The notes under the pieces: model-generated
The model's input: only the letters and a program-made list of their open reading frames with translations
What the model was told of the DNA's origin: nothing
The model's database searches: none
Made by a program: the position numbers and the translations under genes
Assembly (NCBI GenBank): GCA_016200965.1
Contig: JACQDT010000021.1
Span: 86-64,085, forward strand
Length of the DNA stretch: 64,000 bases
DNA from: Candidatus Azambacteria bacterium
GTDB lineage: Bacteria; Patescibacteriota; Minisyncoccia; GWC2-36-17; WO2-46-25
Direction of reading: 5' to 3'
In this document: piece by piece, positions 28,017 to 37,898 of the stretch
Layout of the letters: every line of letters starts with the position of its first letter
How positions within the stretch are numbered: the stretch's first letter is position 1

Positions 28017-28643
28017 ATGAGTATTTTTATCGTCATTGAAGGAATAGAATGCGCGGGAAAAACGACACAAATCAAAAAAGTTGCCTCCGCGCTTGAAGCC
28101 AAAGGACATAAAACAGTCACCATGAGGGAGCCGGGAAGCTCGCAAATAGGGGAGCAAATCCGTACGATTCTCAAAGACCCGTCCCATAAAGAAAGCATGG
28201 ATCCGCTCACCAGCTTATTTTTATTCAATGCGGCGCGACGGCAATTCGTGAAAGAGATTGTGAAACCCGCTCTCAAAAGGGGAGAGGTCGTTCTTTCTGA
28301 CAGATTTTTTCTAAGCACCATCGCGTATCAGGGATACGCCGAAGGAGCGGATAAAGAATTCGTGCGCTCCGTCTGCGCCAAGACGGTGGAAGGATGCATG
28401 CCGAAAAAGACGTTCCTCCTTGATATCGGCATACAAGAAATGAAAAAGCGGTTGCTCGCGCGCGGAGGAATGGAGCACGACCGCTACGACCAAATGGATA
28501 TCTCGTTCCACGAAAAAGTAAGGGAAGGGTATCTTACGGAATGGGAGAAAAATAAGTCGCTCATTGAGCGCATCAACGGCGAGCGGAGCGAGGAAGAAAT
28601 CACGCAGGACATTTTACAAAGAATCTTGCTCTTGTTATCATAA
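28017..28643 (+). CDS. tmk: Thymidylate kinase
   Basis: IVIEGIECAGKTTQ P-loop, DRF motif. Confidence 0.88.
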   Translation: MSIFIVIEGIECAGKTTQIKKVASALEAKGHKTVTMREPGSSQIGEQIRTILKDPSHKESMDPLTSLFLFNAARRQFVKEIVKPALKRGEVVLSDRFFLSTIAYQGYAEGADKEFVRSVCAKTVEGCMPKKTFLLDIGIQEMKKRLLARGGMEHDRYDQMDISFHEKVREGYLTEWEKNKSLIERINGERSEEEITQDILQRILLLLS

Positions 28644-28648
28644 CAGCC

Positions 28649-29227
28649 ATGATTTTATCCGACCGCGACATGAAGCAATATATCAAGGAAGGGAAGCTCA
28701 AATTCGAGCCCGTTTTGACGCCCGATCAGATCGGGCCGGCCTCCATTGACCTGAAACTTTCAAACGTGTTTAAGATTTTCAAGCCGGAACGGTATCTGAA
28801 TCTCGATGTGAAAAAAGGCATCCCCGACGACTACATGGAAAAGGTGGTGATAAAGGACCATGAGCCGTTCATTCTGCACCCGCATATGTTCGCGCTTGCC
28901 GCGACCAAAGAACGCATCACCGTTCCCGCCGACCTTTCGGTGAAGGTGGAAGGCAAAAGCACGCTCGCGCGCATGGGGCTTTTAGTGCATACGGCGGGGT
29001 TTGTGGATCCCGGCTTTGAAGGGGTCATTACCCTTGAGCTTTCCAACCAGTCAAATCTGCCCATCGCTATCTATCCGGGCATGTACGTCTGCCAGATCAA
29101 CTGCCAAATGCTTTCCAGCCCCGCGGAACGTCCGTACAACATACGGAAAAAATCCCTCTATTCAAACAAAGTGGCGGAGCCAGGCACCGCCAATACCGCG
29201 AATTTATTTGAGAAAAGCTCTCAATAA
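28649..29227 (+). CDS. dcd: dCTP deaminase
   Basis: N-terminal ILSDRD...GPASIDLKL and trimeric dUTPase-fold motifs (GFVDPGFEG); 192 aa. Confidence 0.88.
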   Translation: MILSDRDMKQYIKEGKLKFEPVLTPDQIGPASIDLKLSNVFKIFKPERYLNLDVKKGIPDDYMEKVVIKDHEPFILHPHMFALAATKERITVPADLSVKVEGKSTLARMGLLVHTAGFVDPGFEGVITLELSNQSNLPIAIYPGMYVCQINCQMLSSPAERPYNIRKKSLYSNKVAEPGTANTANLFEKSSQ

Positions 29228-29998
29228 ATTTTTAAAGAGATAGGCAACAGTCAGGGGGCCGACGCCACCCGGAACTGGCGTCACTATTTTTGCCTGTCTT
29301 GAAACGCGGGCGACATCAACGTCGCCTTTTATTTTTCCCTTGAAAAATCCCGCGCCCGCGTCAATGACGATAGCTCCTTTTTTCACTTTTTTGATAAGTC
29401 CCGGTTTGCCCACGGCGGAAATCACCGCATCGGCTCGCGCAGTCAACGCGGAAATATTTTTGGTCGTTTTGTCGGCAACCGCAACGTTTGTAAATCCCTT
29501 CCTCAATAAAAAGGTATGGAGCGGTTTTCCGATAAGGCGGCCGTGCCCGACGACAAGAATGGGCGTGTTCCTTTTGATTCTTCCGGCCTTGCCCAGCATA
29601 TGCCAAATCGCCTGCACGGATGGGGAAACGAAAGGCGAATCGCCGCGCAGATTATCCACGTCTTTTTCGGGCGCAATCGCCGAAAGTATTTTTTGGGTAT
29701 TGAATTTCGCAGGGAGAGGAAGCTGGACGATGATGCCGTTTACCGATTTATTTTTATTCAATTTTTTAATGAGTAGGATCACGCGCGTTTCTGACGCGCT
29801 CGCAGGAAGCTGATGCACCGCAAAATTGCATCTTACCGCGCGCGCGGCAAAACCTTTCCGCTTTACATAGTTCAATGAGGCGCGGTTGTTCCCTGCAAGC
29901 ACGACGGCAAGCGTCGGCTTTTGCCGCATCCGTACCGTATACTTCACAATGGCACGCTCAACTATTCGCGCAAGCGGTTTTCCGTATAAAAGCAACAT
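29204..29998 (-). CDS. folD: Bifunctional 5,10-methylene-THF dehydrogenase/cyclohydrolase
   Basis: YVKRK, GIIVQLPLP and PVPGGVGPLTVA motifs. Confidence 0.9.
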   Translation of the reverse strand: MLLLYGKPLARIVERAIVKYTVRMRQKPTLAVVLAGNNRASLNYVKRKGFAARAVRCNFAVHQLPASASETRVILLIKKLNKNKSVNGIIVQLPLPAKFNTQKILSAIAPEKDVDNLRGDSPFVSPSVQAIWHMLGKAGRIKRNTPILVVGHGRLIGKPLHTFLLRKGFTNVAVADKTTKNISALTARADAVISAVGKPGLIKKVKKGAIVIDAGAGFFKGKIKGDVDVARVSRQAKIVTPVPGGVGPLTVAYLFKNLLRAFLK

Positions 29999-30037
29999 AG
30001 CGATAGTGTAGCAGAGTTATTTAAAACAGCGCAAACG

Positions 30038-30075
30038 AAAAGACCTCCCAAGAGATTCCCTTAGGAGGTCTTTTT
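30038..30075. terminator. Bidirectional hairpin terminator
   Basis: aaagacctcc...ggaggtcttt stem with T-runs on both strands. Confidence 0.5.
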
Positions 30076-30084
30076 ACTATTAAT

Positions 30085-30576
30085 TTAAGTTTCTTGAGAA
30101 GCCACCTTCACGACGGCAAATTTGAAAGAGGATCTCAGACATTCTTTTGGCGCATAGAAGGTGAGAACCCAATCCCATTGAGGAACCGAGGTGGCGACAT
30201 GGCAACCCTTATGATTGTCGCCAAGAGCAACCACCTGTTGCAGTAGGGAAAGTTCGCTGTAGTCCTCGACCTTTTCATCACGAAGTTTCTTGAACACCTT
30301 CTTAAAGAGCTGTTCGTGCAAATCAGCAAGCTCAAAACCTGTTGCGAAACGCCAGTGATTTTTGTCGCACCAATCTTGTAGCACCGGAAGAGTTACCTCT
30401 TCTTCCTCATCGCAGATCAACAACCCGATGGTAAGTTTTTCGTGTCTTCCGTGGCTTGGAAGAAGCTCCACCTTATCTCTCGTGAGACCTATCTTTTCAA
30501 GATCTCCGCCAACGGGAGAAAATCTGATTGGTTCTTGCGAAGATTCAATTTTAAATGTTCGCTCGATTTGCATCAT
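30085..30576 (-). CDS. Hypothetical protein (163 aa)
   Basis: ORF with no recognised family. Confidence 0.5.
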   Translation of the reverse strand: MMQIERTFKIESSQEPIRFSPVGGDLEKIGLTRDKVELLPSHGRHEKLTIGLLICDEEEEVTLPVLQDWCDKNHWRFATGFELADLHEQLFKKVFKKLRDEKVEDYSELSLLQQVVALGDNHKGCHVATSVPQWDWVLTFYAPKECLRSSFKFAVVKVASQET

Positions 30577-30650
30577 ATCCCTCCCTTTTTCTATAGGTTG
30601 AAGAACATGAAATCAAGCGTATCACATAAATATAATCCTGTCAATAGCCC

Positions 30651-32267
30651 TTATTTTTCTTCCAACTCGCGTTCTTTCTGCCGCTGTTTTGCTTCAGAGT
30701 CGGCGCGCGCCCATTGGTAGTCGCCGTAGTCCGTGAATTTGAGCATTTCTTTCGCCCAGGGGTAGCGCTGGAGCGTCTGGCGCGCCATTTCCTGGCATAC
30801 TCTGCGATAGGTGGGATGGCCCTGCGGGGTGGTGCGCAGTTCGAACATATGCTGGGCCTCGCGGAGGTTCATGCCCATCGTCCAGCGCATCTTATGGCCC
30901 ATGAGCACGGTGTATTGCGCCACATGCCGTCCGCACGCGCTTTTTACTTTTTTGTACAGCGCTTCCATTTTTTCCCGTATGGCGTCCGCTTTTTCCTGAA
31001 AGCCCGCTTTTCTGATATCGTCGTTATTTTCAAATCCGAGATAGGGATGCAACAGCTGGCGCTGTTGCGTGAGCATCCGGTGGCGCTGGAGGTCGCGGTA
31101 AATCCCAAAGTCGCCGACGATGTCAAAGGTGAGGGGATACCCCGCTTCGAGCGCGCGGTCGGGCCTGTCGCGGCGAGTTTTGCGGTTGCTTACGTAGGTG
31201 TTCAAAATGCGTTCTTTCGCCGCCGCGGGAAGCTTCGCGACTATTTCATGCAATTGCGAAAGGGGGTGTCTGCCGTACGGGTACAGCATCTGAGCGAGCG
31301 TGGACGTATAAAAATCCGCCTGACTGTCAAAAAGCGCGACCGGTTTTTCTGAAGCGGGCTTTATGTCTTTCAATAGTTCGTCGGCGTGTCTTTGCATCTC
31401 CGTCCGCGCTTTCACGAGAAATTCATTTTGCTTTGCGCGTTTCACGAACGTCGGGATCACTTGGTTGAGCGCGCTATGCGCTTTTGCGGCGATATCGCCC
31501 ATTTCAGAGAGTAGGTGCGTGTACAAATGCGACAGCAGATATTGATAAAATCTCCCGTTGCCGAACAGGCCGACATTAGTGAGTGTCGCGGCGGGCAAGA
31601 AAATGCGTATCGTATCGCACGTTTTAGTGCGGATATCGGATTTATACGTGCGGTCAAACGCCTTGAGGTCTTTTTCGTCTTTCAGGTCTGCGCGCTTTTG
31701 TTTTGTTCCTTTCCCGATGACGTCATATTCGGCTTCTTCCATCGGCTTTTGTTTCTGATAAAACTCCTGCATCGGCTCCACCAGCGACGCATATGTTTCA
31801 AACAGTTCGTTCATCACGCGCTCGTATTCGTCTTTCACGGCGCTTTGAGTAACTTCTTTCGGCCGCAAATACCGCCAATTGCCTTCTTCATTTTTATTAT
31901 CGTACACAACATAGCGGGTGGACTGCTCAATGGGGCTTCCGCCGATGCGCCGGTCTTCCACTTCTTTGGTCGCAAGGTTGGAAATCTGCTCCATACTCAC
32001 ATGCGCGCCCTCAAGCTCGCCGACGGAGTCGTCGCCGTAGGCGATCAAGATGCGCTCAATCACTTCCGCCGCTTTCACCGCGTCAAGCACGCCGTCTTTG
32101 ATGAACTCTTTCAGGAATGTTTCCAAAAAACTGCCCTGCGCCCGCGAATAGCGCGCGTATGCCGGCCCGACGATTCCCGTGAGCCCTTTGACAGCAAACA
32201 CATTGGACTCGGGGTGAGTCACATACTGTTTGAGCACGGCCAATTCTTCTTGTGTGAAGCGTGACAT
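30651..32267 (-). CDS. ThyX-like (FAD-dependent thymidylate synthase family), unusually long tandem-domain form
   Basis: N half carries ..RRIGGSPIEQSTRY.. and C half ..QRHRMLTQQRQLL.. (halves of the ThyX RHRx7S..RY signature); sits in the tmk/dcd/folD/glyA cluster. Confidence 0.5.
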   Translation of the reverse strand: MSRFTQEELAVLKQYVTHPESNVFAVKGLTGIVGPAYARYSRAQGSFLETFLKEFIKDGVLDAVKAAEVIERILIAYGDDSVGELEGAHVSMEQISNLATKEVEDRRIGGSPIEQSTRYVVYDNKNEEGNWRYLRPKEVTQSAVKDEYERVMNELFETYASLVEPMQEFYQKQKPMEEAEYDVIGKGTKQKRADLKDEKDLKAFDRTYKSDIRTKTCDTIRIFLPAATLTNVGLFGNGRFYQYLLSHLYTHLLSEMGDIAAKAHSALNQVIPTFVKRAKQNEFLVKARTEMQRHADELLKDIKPASEKPVALFDSQADFYTSTLAQMLYPYGRHPLSQLHEIVAKLPAAAKERILNTYVSNRKTRRDRPDRALEAGYPLTFDIVGDFGIYRDLQRHRMLTQQRQLLHPYLGFENNDDIRKAGFQEKADAIREKMEALYKKVKSACGRHVAQYTVLMGHKMRWTMGMNLREAQHMFELRTTPQGHPTYRRVCQEMARQTLQRYPWAKEMLKFTDYGDYQWARADSEAKQRQKERELEEK

Positions 32268-32299
32268 ATGAATATGGTATCGGGATTTTTAAAAAAGAA

Positions 32300-32367
32300 C
32301 AAGCACCCAAATGATATTGAGTGCTTGCCTTTTTACTTATTTAATTCTTCGGAAGTCGGACTTCCGA
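32300..32367. terminator. Two hairpins downstream of the 32385-32633 gene; the first with T-runs on both strands
   Basis: caagcac..gtgcttg + cctttttac; perfect palindrome ttcggaagtc g gacttccgaa. Confidence 0.5.
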
Positions 32368-32384
32368 AATCTAAAGTTTCTTGC

Positions 32385-32633
32385 TTAACGCACGCTTTTG
32401 ATATGTGAGGCGAACATCTTAATTTCCGGTGTGAGTTTGCCAATTACAGCAGATGAATGTTGACATTCTGAGATATTGCAGGAATTCTGACGTTGAGATA
32501 TCCATTGTTTGAGAGATTTAATCGCCTCTTTCTTGGTTTGTTTCTCGGTTTTTGCTAACTCAAGGAAAGATGCTGCGCAATCATGTCCGCTTCCACTTGA
32601 TGCGTGCTGCAGGGTCGCATACATTTTTTTCAT
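32385..32633 (-). CDS. Hypothetical small Cys-containing protein (82 aa)
   Basis: ORF with nearby terminators; no family recognised. Confidence 0.45.
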   Translation of the reverse strand: MKKMYATLQHASSGSGHDCAASFLELAKTEKQTKKEAIKSLKQWISQRQNSCNISECQHSSAVIGKLTPEIKMFASHIKSVR

Positions 32634-32709
32634 TATTCCCTCCTTTTGTAAAAGACCTCCCTAATTTCTCTGTAGGAATAAGATATAATATTTTTCCAGA
32701 TTAGTCAAT

Positions 32710-33945
32710 TCAAAAAGCTCTCTTTCGTAATAGCTCGTTTACTGAACTCCGTGTTTTCTCTTTCTGTCCCTCCGTTGGATTTTTCAACAAATCCGCAATC
32801 AGTTTGCCGATGGTTTTCATTTCGGGTTCTTTCATGCCACGAGCGGTGAGGGCGGGGGTGCCGAGGCGGATGCCGGATGGGTCGGCGGGTTTGCGAGTGT
32901 CAAAGGGAATCATGTTGAAATTGGTGTAAATACCACACTCGGCAAGCGCATCGGCACCTTGTTTGCCCGAAATGCCGAGGCCTGTGCAATCAATGATCAT
33001 CAAATGCGTGTCGGTGCCGCCCGATACCAGGCGCAGGCCTTTTGCCATTAGCGCGTTCGCGAGCGCTTTCGCGTTTTTAGCGACCTGCTGTTGATACTTT
33101 TTATACTCATCCGTCATCGCCTCTTTGAAACATACCGCTTTTGCGGCGATGATATGTTCCAGTGGCCCGCCTTGCATGCCGGGGAACACCGCTTTGTCTA
33201 TTTTCGCCGCGTGTTCGGCTTTGGAAAGGATGATGGCGCTTCTGGGGCCGCGGAGCGTTTTGGTGGTTGTGGTCATGACGACGTCGTGCGTCGGGACGGG
33301 GCTTTCGTGCACGCCGCCGACCACGAGCCCCGCGATGTGGGACATATCCGCCATCGCGTACGCGCCGACTTTTTTGGCAATGTCGGCAAAGCGCGAAAAG
33401 GGAACTGCGCGGGGATACGCGGTGAAACCCGAAAGAATAAGTTTCGGCTTCGTTTCCATCGCGAGCTTTTCCACTTTGTCCATATCAAGCATTTCAGTAT
33501 CTTTCTCAACGCCGTAGTGGACAAATTTAAACAGCTTGCCCGACAGCGAAACAGGGTGCCCGTGCGTGAGATGCCCGCCGTGCGCGAGGTTCATTGCCAT
33601 GATCGTATCGCCCGGTTCAAGCAGGGCAAAATAGCACGCGAGGTTCGCCTGCGATCCCGCGTGCGGCTGGACATTGGCGTGTTCCGCGCCGAACAACTGC
33701 TTCGCGCGGTCTATTGCAAGCTGTTCTATCTTATCTATGTATGCACTGCCGGTGTAGTACCGCTTGCCCGGATATCCTTCCGCGTATTTGTTGGTCAGCA
33801 CCGTTCCCGCCGCTTCAAGCACGGCAGGGGAGGCGAGGTTTTCAGACGCGATCATCAAAAGCCCTTCGCTTTGGCGCTTTTCTTCCTGCCGGATAAACCC
33901 TTCGAGTTCCGGGTCAAATTGTGGAAGATGGCGCCTCATATGCAT
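32710..33945 (-). CDS. glyA: Serine hydroxymethyltransferase
   Basis: [22 protein letters not shown] and PLP-binding Lys region; 411 aa. Confidence 0.93.
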   Translation of the reverse strand: MHMRRHLPQFDPELEGFIRQEEKRQSEGLLMIASENLASPAVLEAAGTVLTNKYAEGYPGKRYYTGSAYIDKIEQLAIDRAKQLFGAEHANVQPHAGSQANLACYFALLEPGDTIMAMNLAHGGHLTHGHPVSLSGKLFKFVHYGVEKDTEMLDMDKVEKLAMETKPKLILSGFTAYPRAVPFSRFADIAKKVGAYAMADMSHIAGLVVGGVHESPVPTHDVVMTTTTKTLRGPRSAIILSKAEHAAKIDKAVFPGMQGGPLEHIIAAKAVCFKEAMTDEYKKYQQQVAKNAKALANALMAKGLRLVSGGTDTHLMIIDCTGLGISGKQGADALAECGIYTNFNMIPFDTRKPADPSGIRLGTPALTARGMKEPEMKTIGKLIADLLKNPTEGQKEKTRSSVNELLRKRAF

Positions 33946-33974
33946 TTCATCATATCACGAAAAAACTTAAAAAC

Positions 33975-34012
33975 GAATTGTACATATTCACGCTATAGCG
34001 GGAGAATGTACA
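33975..34012 (+). promoter_or_regulatory. Second copy of the attgtaca-N-tgtacaat palindrome (between the uvrC stop and the glyA start)
   Basis: See 20862-20900. Confidence 0.5.
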
Positions 34013-34034
34013 ATCTTTCAACTTTCAGAAACCG

Positions 34035-35312
34035 TCATAGTATCCTGCCGCGTAATTTTCTATGGTAGGTTATTGCGAATCGGTGCGCTTCATCGCGGAG
34101 GCGCTGGACGAAAAAGAGAAACGGCTTGCCCAATGTTTCGGCGCGTACTGGCCTTGATTTTTTCGCAAAGTATATCTCTTCGTTCTCTTTCGCAAGCGCC
34201 ATAACGAGCTGGGTTTTAGGAAGTACGCGCATTACCGCGCCTAACTGTCCTTTGCCGCCGTCGAGCAGAATAACATCGGGCGCCGGCCATTCGGCATGCC
34301 TCAAGCGCCGTGAAATGACTTCGGCCATCATTTTGGGGTCGTTGGGCATGTCTCCCGAGTATTGTATCCTAAACTTGCGGTACTGGCTTTTCGCGGGAAA
34401 ACCGTTTTCGCATACCACCATGGAGCCGACCGCAAATTTCCCGGAGATATTGGAAATATCATATCCTTCCACGCGGTGTATGTCTCGCGCGGCGCCGAGT
34501 AATTTCTGCAACGCTTCCTGCACAAGCGGCCACTCAGACGAGTTTGTTTTTTCATGCCTCCATACCCGATCAAGCGATGGGCCGTGCGCGAACACTTTTT
34601 TAAGATACTCTATCCGATGTTTATACTCATTCGCTTTTGTGAATTCCTCTTTGCGCGCCGATTTTTTCATCGCTTTTTCAAGCCGCCCGAGAATGCCTTT
34701 TCGCGCGCCGCTTAAGATATGTAAAATGGCGCTGATGTTCTTTTCAGTGCGCACGTACATTTTAGGATCCGCGCATGCGCCTGTGCATCTTCCGAGATGA
34801 TAATCAAAACACGCGCGTTTTAACGATAAAGGCCGCGCGGCGCAATACGGATAGGCCGCGCGCAACATGCGCACGGTATAGCGCAGGGCGAACGCGTCGG
34901 TGAACGGCCCCACACAAAGCGAGTAGCGAGTAGGGATTTTCGTTGGTTGATGAGTGATAAAAATGCGCGGATACGGCTTTTCATTCGTAGCGCACGCATA
35001 GGCATAATTTTTATCATCCCTGAAGATCACGTTAAAGCGGGGATGATGTTTTTTTATAAGCTTCGCTTCTTCTATAAGCGCATCTATTTCCGAGCCGCAC
35101 ACTTTCCATCCAATAGCGCGTATCGCCGTGCGCAACGCTTCCGTTTTCGGCGACTCGCCTTTTATTTTGGTGAAATACTGCCGTACCCGCGCGCGCAGAA
35201 CCAGCGCTTTGCCGATGTAGATGATCGTATCGGCTTTATCTTTGAAAAAATAAACACCCGGCTTTTGGGGAACTGCTTTCAGTTTTGCTTTCAACCTTTC
35301 CATATAAAGCAA
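34035..35312 (-). CDS. uvrC: UvrC-like excinuclease (GIY-YIG plus endonuclease domain; short, apparently lacking the C-terminal HhH region)
   Basis: GVYFFKDKADTIIYIGKA GIY-YIG; later EGYDISNISG...DGGKGQL UvrC endonuclease motifs; 425 aa vs ~600 typical. Confidence 0.75.
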   Translation of the reverse strand: MLYMERLKAKLKAVPQKPGVYFFKDKADTIIYIGKALVLRARVRQYFTKIKGESPKTEALRTAIRAIGWKVCGSEIDALIEEAKLIKKHHPRFNVIFRDDKNYAYACATNEKPYPRIFITHQPTKIPTRYSLCVGPFTDAFALRYTVRMLRAAYPYCAARPLSLKRACFDYHLGRCTGACADPKMYVRTEKNISAILHILSGARKGILGRLEKAMKKSARKEEFTKANEYKHRIEYLKKVFAHGPSLDRVWRHEKTNSSEWPLVQEALQKLLGAARDIHRVEGYDISNISGKFAVGSMVVCENGFPAKSQYRKFRIQYSGDMPNDPKMMAEVISRRLRHAEWPAPDVILLDGGKGQLGAVMRVLPKTQLVMALAKENEEIYFAKKSRPVRAETLGKPFLFFVQRLRDEAHRFAITYHRKLRGRIL

Positions 35313-35333
35313 GAAAAGTTATAATGGGAGGAG

Positions 35334-36662
35334 ATGGAATCACTCATCAAAATAGAAAATCTTTCCGTGGTTTATGACAAGGGGAAAGCGTCGGAGACCA
35401 AGGCGCTTTCCGACATCAACGTGGAGATATACCCGCAGGAGTATATCATTTTTTTCGGGCCTTCGGGTTGCGGCAAATCAACCCTTTTGTACGTCATTGC
35501 GGCGATGGAAAGAGCGACCACCGGAAAAGTTGTCATCCACGGCAATGATATCAGCAAAATGAAAGAGAGGGAAATAACTTCATATCGGCAAAATACCATT
35601 GGGATGGTCTTTCAGCAATATAACTTAATCCCATCGCTGAACGTGCTGGAAAACGTCGCTATTCCGCAGACATTTAAAAAGATCGGGAAAAAAGAACGGA
35701 GCCCCAAAGCCCAGGCCCTGCTGGACCGGTTCGGCATCGGCGCGTTCTCCGAGCGGCTTCCCACGGAACTTTCCGGCGGGCAACAGCAAAGGGTATCCAT
35801 CGCGCGGTCGCTCGTGAACGACACGCCGCTTATTTTAGCGGATGAGCCGACGGGCAATCTGGATTCCAAGTCATCGCAGAACGTGCTTGACATCTTGCAG
35901 GAACTCAACCAAAAAGACAAAAAAACGATTATTTTGGTCACGCACGATCCCAACCAGCTCCAATACGCGCACCGCGTGTTTCACATGAAGGACGGGAAAG
36001 TAGTCCGGCAGACGATCAATACCCAGCTCCCCCAGCAGATGGACGCGGCGACAAGGGAAAAACTGACGCGGTCGCTCTCCGGACTTTCTTCCGCGATTAT
36101 TGACATCCTTTCGGTATATCCCGAGCTGACGGAATCGCGCCTGAAGGCGAAAGCGCTGGTGAACTATCTTATGTCGGAACTGGACACGCGCCAGCTTGAC
36201 CGGCTGGAGCGGCTGGTGGAAGACCGTATCTTGGGCAAGATCAGCAAAAACGACTTCCACGCGGCGCTTGACGATCCTTTGGAAAAAGGAGGCGCAGGGC
36301 TCAACTACCAGTCGGCGAAAAAAATATGGGAATCCGTGGAATCCCTGCTTTCCGAAACGGACGTCATTCAAAAAAACATTGATGCAACACGCAAGGATCA
36401 CGCCGTAAACGATGCGATAGTTCAAGAAATTTATTCCCAGCTTTCCGACGTACTGACCGCTCAACCGTCAGAGGAGCAGGCGAAACGATGTAAGGAACTT
36501 ATCGCAAAACGGATATCGGGAACGATAGATAAGACGGGATTTTTCGCCGGGCTTGACCTTGCGTTCAGTCACGGCGGGGTAGGGTTAAGAAGAGAGGTGG
36601 CAGAGGATATCACGCGCAGGACGGAAATGTTACTTATCAAATTCAAGGACTTCACGGAATGA
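35334..36662 (+). CDS. ABC transporter ATP-binding protein (MacB/LolD-type) with a ~200-aa C-terminal extension
   Basis: Walker A GPSGCGKST, signature LSGGQQQRV, Walker B ILADEPT. Confidence 0.85.
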   Translation: MESLIKIENLSVVYDKGKASETKALSDINVEIYPQEYIIFFGPSGCGKSTLLYVIAAMERATTGKVVIHGNDISKMKEREITSYRQNTIGMVFQQYNLIPSLNVLENVAIPQTFKKIGKKERSPKAQALLDRFGIGAFSERLPTELSGGQQQRVSIARSLVNDTPLILADEPTGNLDSKSSQNVLDILQELNQKDKKTIILVTHDPNQLQYAHRVFHMKDGKVVRQTINTQLPQQMDAATREKLTRSLSGLSSAIIDILSVYPELTESRLKAKALVNYLMSELDTRQLDRLERLVEDRILGKISKNDFHAALDDPLEKGGAGLNYQSAKKIWESVESLLSETDVIQKNIDATRKDHAVNDAIVQEIYSQLSDVLTAQPSEEQAKRCKELIAKRISGTIDKTGFFAGLDLAFSHGGVGLRREVAEDITRRTEMLLIKFKDFTE

Positions 36663-37858
36663 AATTACCCGACCTGATCATACTTTCAACCCGGATGTTT
36701 TACACGCGCCGCATGCGGACGTTTTTGACTATTTTGGGCATCGGCATCGGCATCGGCGCGATTTTGTTTTTGGTATCGTTGGGATACGGACTCCAGCGGG
36801 CGCTTCTTTCGCAGATCACAAGCTCGGCCGCGCTGTTGTCTTTAGATGTCGTGCAGGGAGAAAAAACCGTCGCGCCGCTTGACGGGCGTTTGGTGGAAAA
36901 AATAAAAGCGTTCCCTGAAGTGACCGAGGTCGTGCCCATGGTGAGTTCCCGCGGCCAGATATCGTTTGAAGACACGACCGCGGACGTAGTAGTAAGCGCT
37001 ACCTCGGCTCTTTTCCTAAACCTTTCGAATATCAAAGCGTCGGTAGGTAGTGAATTTTTGGACAATCGGAAGGAAGTGATCATCTCGGACGCAATCAGCA
37101 AATCGATAGACCTCAAGGAGGGCACGGCGATCATCGGCGCGCAGATCACGCTCTCCATGCTTGCGGCTACCATTAATGAAGAAGGCATTGAACAGCTTAA
37201 TCTGATCACCCAACCGGAAAAATTTTCCATCGTGGGCATCATTGAAGGGGACTCGTCACCGACGATATTCGTTCCTATCTCGCAACTCACGGGCGTCAAC
37301 TTTGATTCGTACTCGCAAATAAAAGTCAAGGTGGGCAGCACGGACCAGCTGGAACCGGTGAGAAACAGAATCATTGAAATGGGATTCGTGGTGGCCGCGC
37401 TTTCGGACATCGTGGATCAGGCCAACAAGGTGTTCAACATCCTTCAGATCATCCTTGCCATATTCGGCGTGGTGGCGCTCGTGGTGTCCGCCATCGGCAT
37501 GTTTAACACCATGACCATCGCGCTCATGGAACGGACGCACGAAGTCGGCATTATGAAATCGCTTGGGGCGGCGCGGAGCGATATTATGTCTATGTTCGTC
37601 ACGGAAGCGGTCATCATGGGATTTCTGGGAGGAATCGTCGGGCTTATAGTCGGATTTTTTGGGGGCCAGCTCTTTAACTTTCTTTTGAACATTCTCGCAA
37701 AAAATCTCGGCGGGAAAACCGTTGATATTTTCTACACGCCGCTGTGGTTTGCGGTGACCATTGTGATTTTCTCAACGGTAGTGGGTTTCGTGACCGGCGT
37801 GTGGCCCGCGCGCCGCGCCGCCCGCTTGAATCCTTTGGAAGCGGTAAAATATAAGTAA
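36659..37858 (+). CDS. ABC transporter permease, FtsX/MacB family
   Basis: N-terminal TM, large extracytoplasmic domain, three C-terminal TMs; overlaps the ATPase gene stop. Confidence 0.8.
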   Translation: MKLPDLIILSTRMFYTRRMRTFLTILGIGIGIGAILFLVSLGYGLQRALLSQITSSAALLSLDVVQGEKTVAPLDGRLVEKIKAFPEVTEVVPMVSSRGQISFEDTTADVVVSATSALFLNLSNIKASVGSEFLDNRKEVIISDAISKSIDLKEGTAIIGAQITLSMLAATINEEGIEQLNLITQPEKFSIVGIIEGDSSPTIFVPISQLTGVNFDSYSQIKVKVGSTDQLEPVRNRIIEMGFVVAALSDIVDQANKVFNILQIILAIFGVVALVVSAIGMFNTMTIALMERTHEVGIMKSLGAARSDIMSMFVTEAVIMGFLGGIVGLIVGFFGGQLFNFLLNILAKNLGGKTVDIFYTPLWFAVTIVIFSTVVGFVTGVWPARRAARLNPLEAVKYK

Positions 37859-37898
37859 ATGATTGACATCCCGCTCCTTTACCCTTATACTAAGGACT

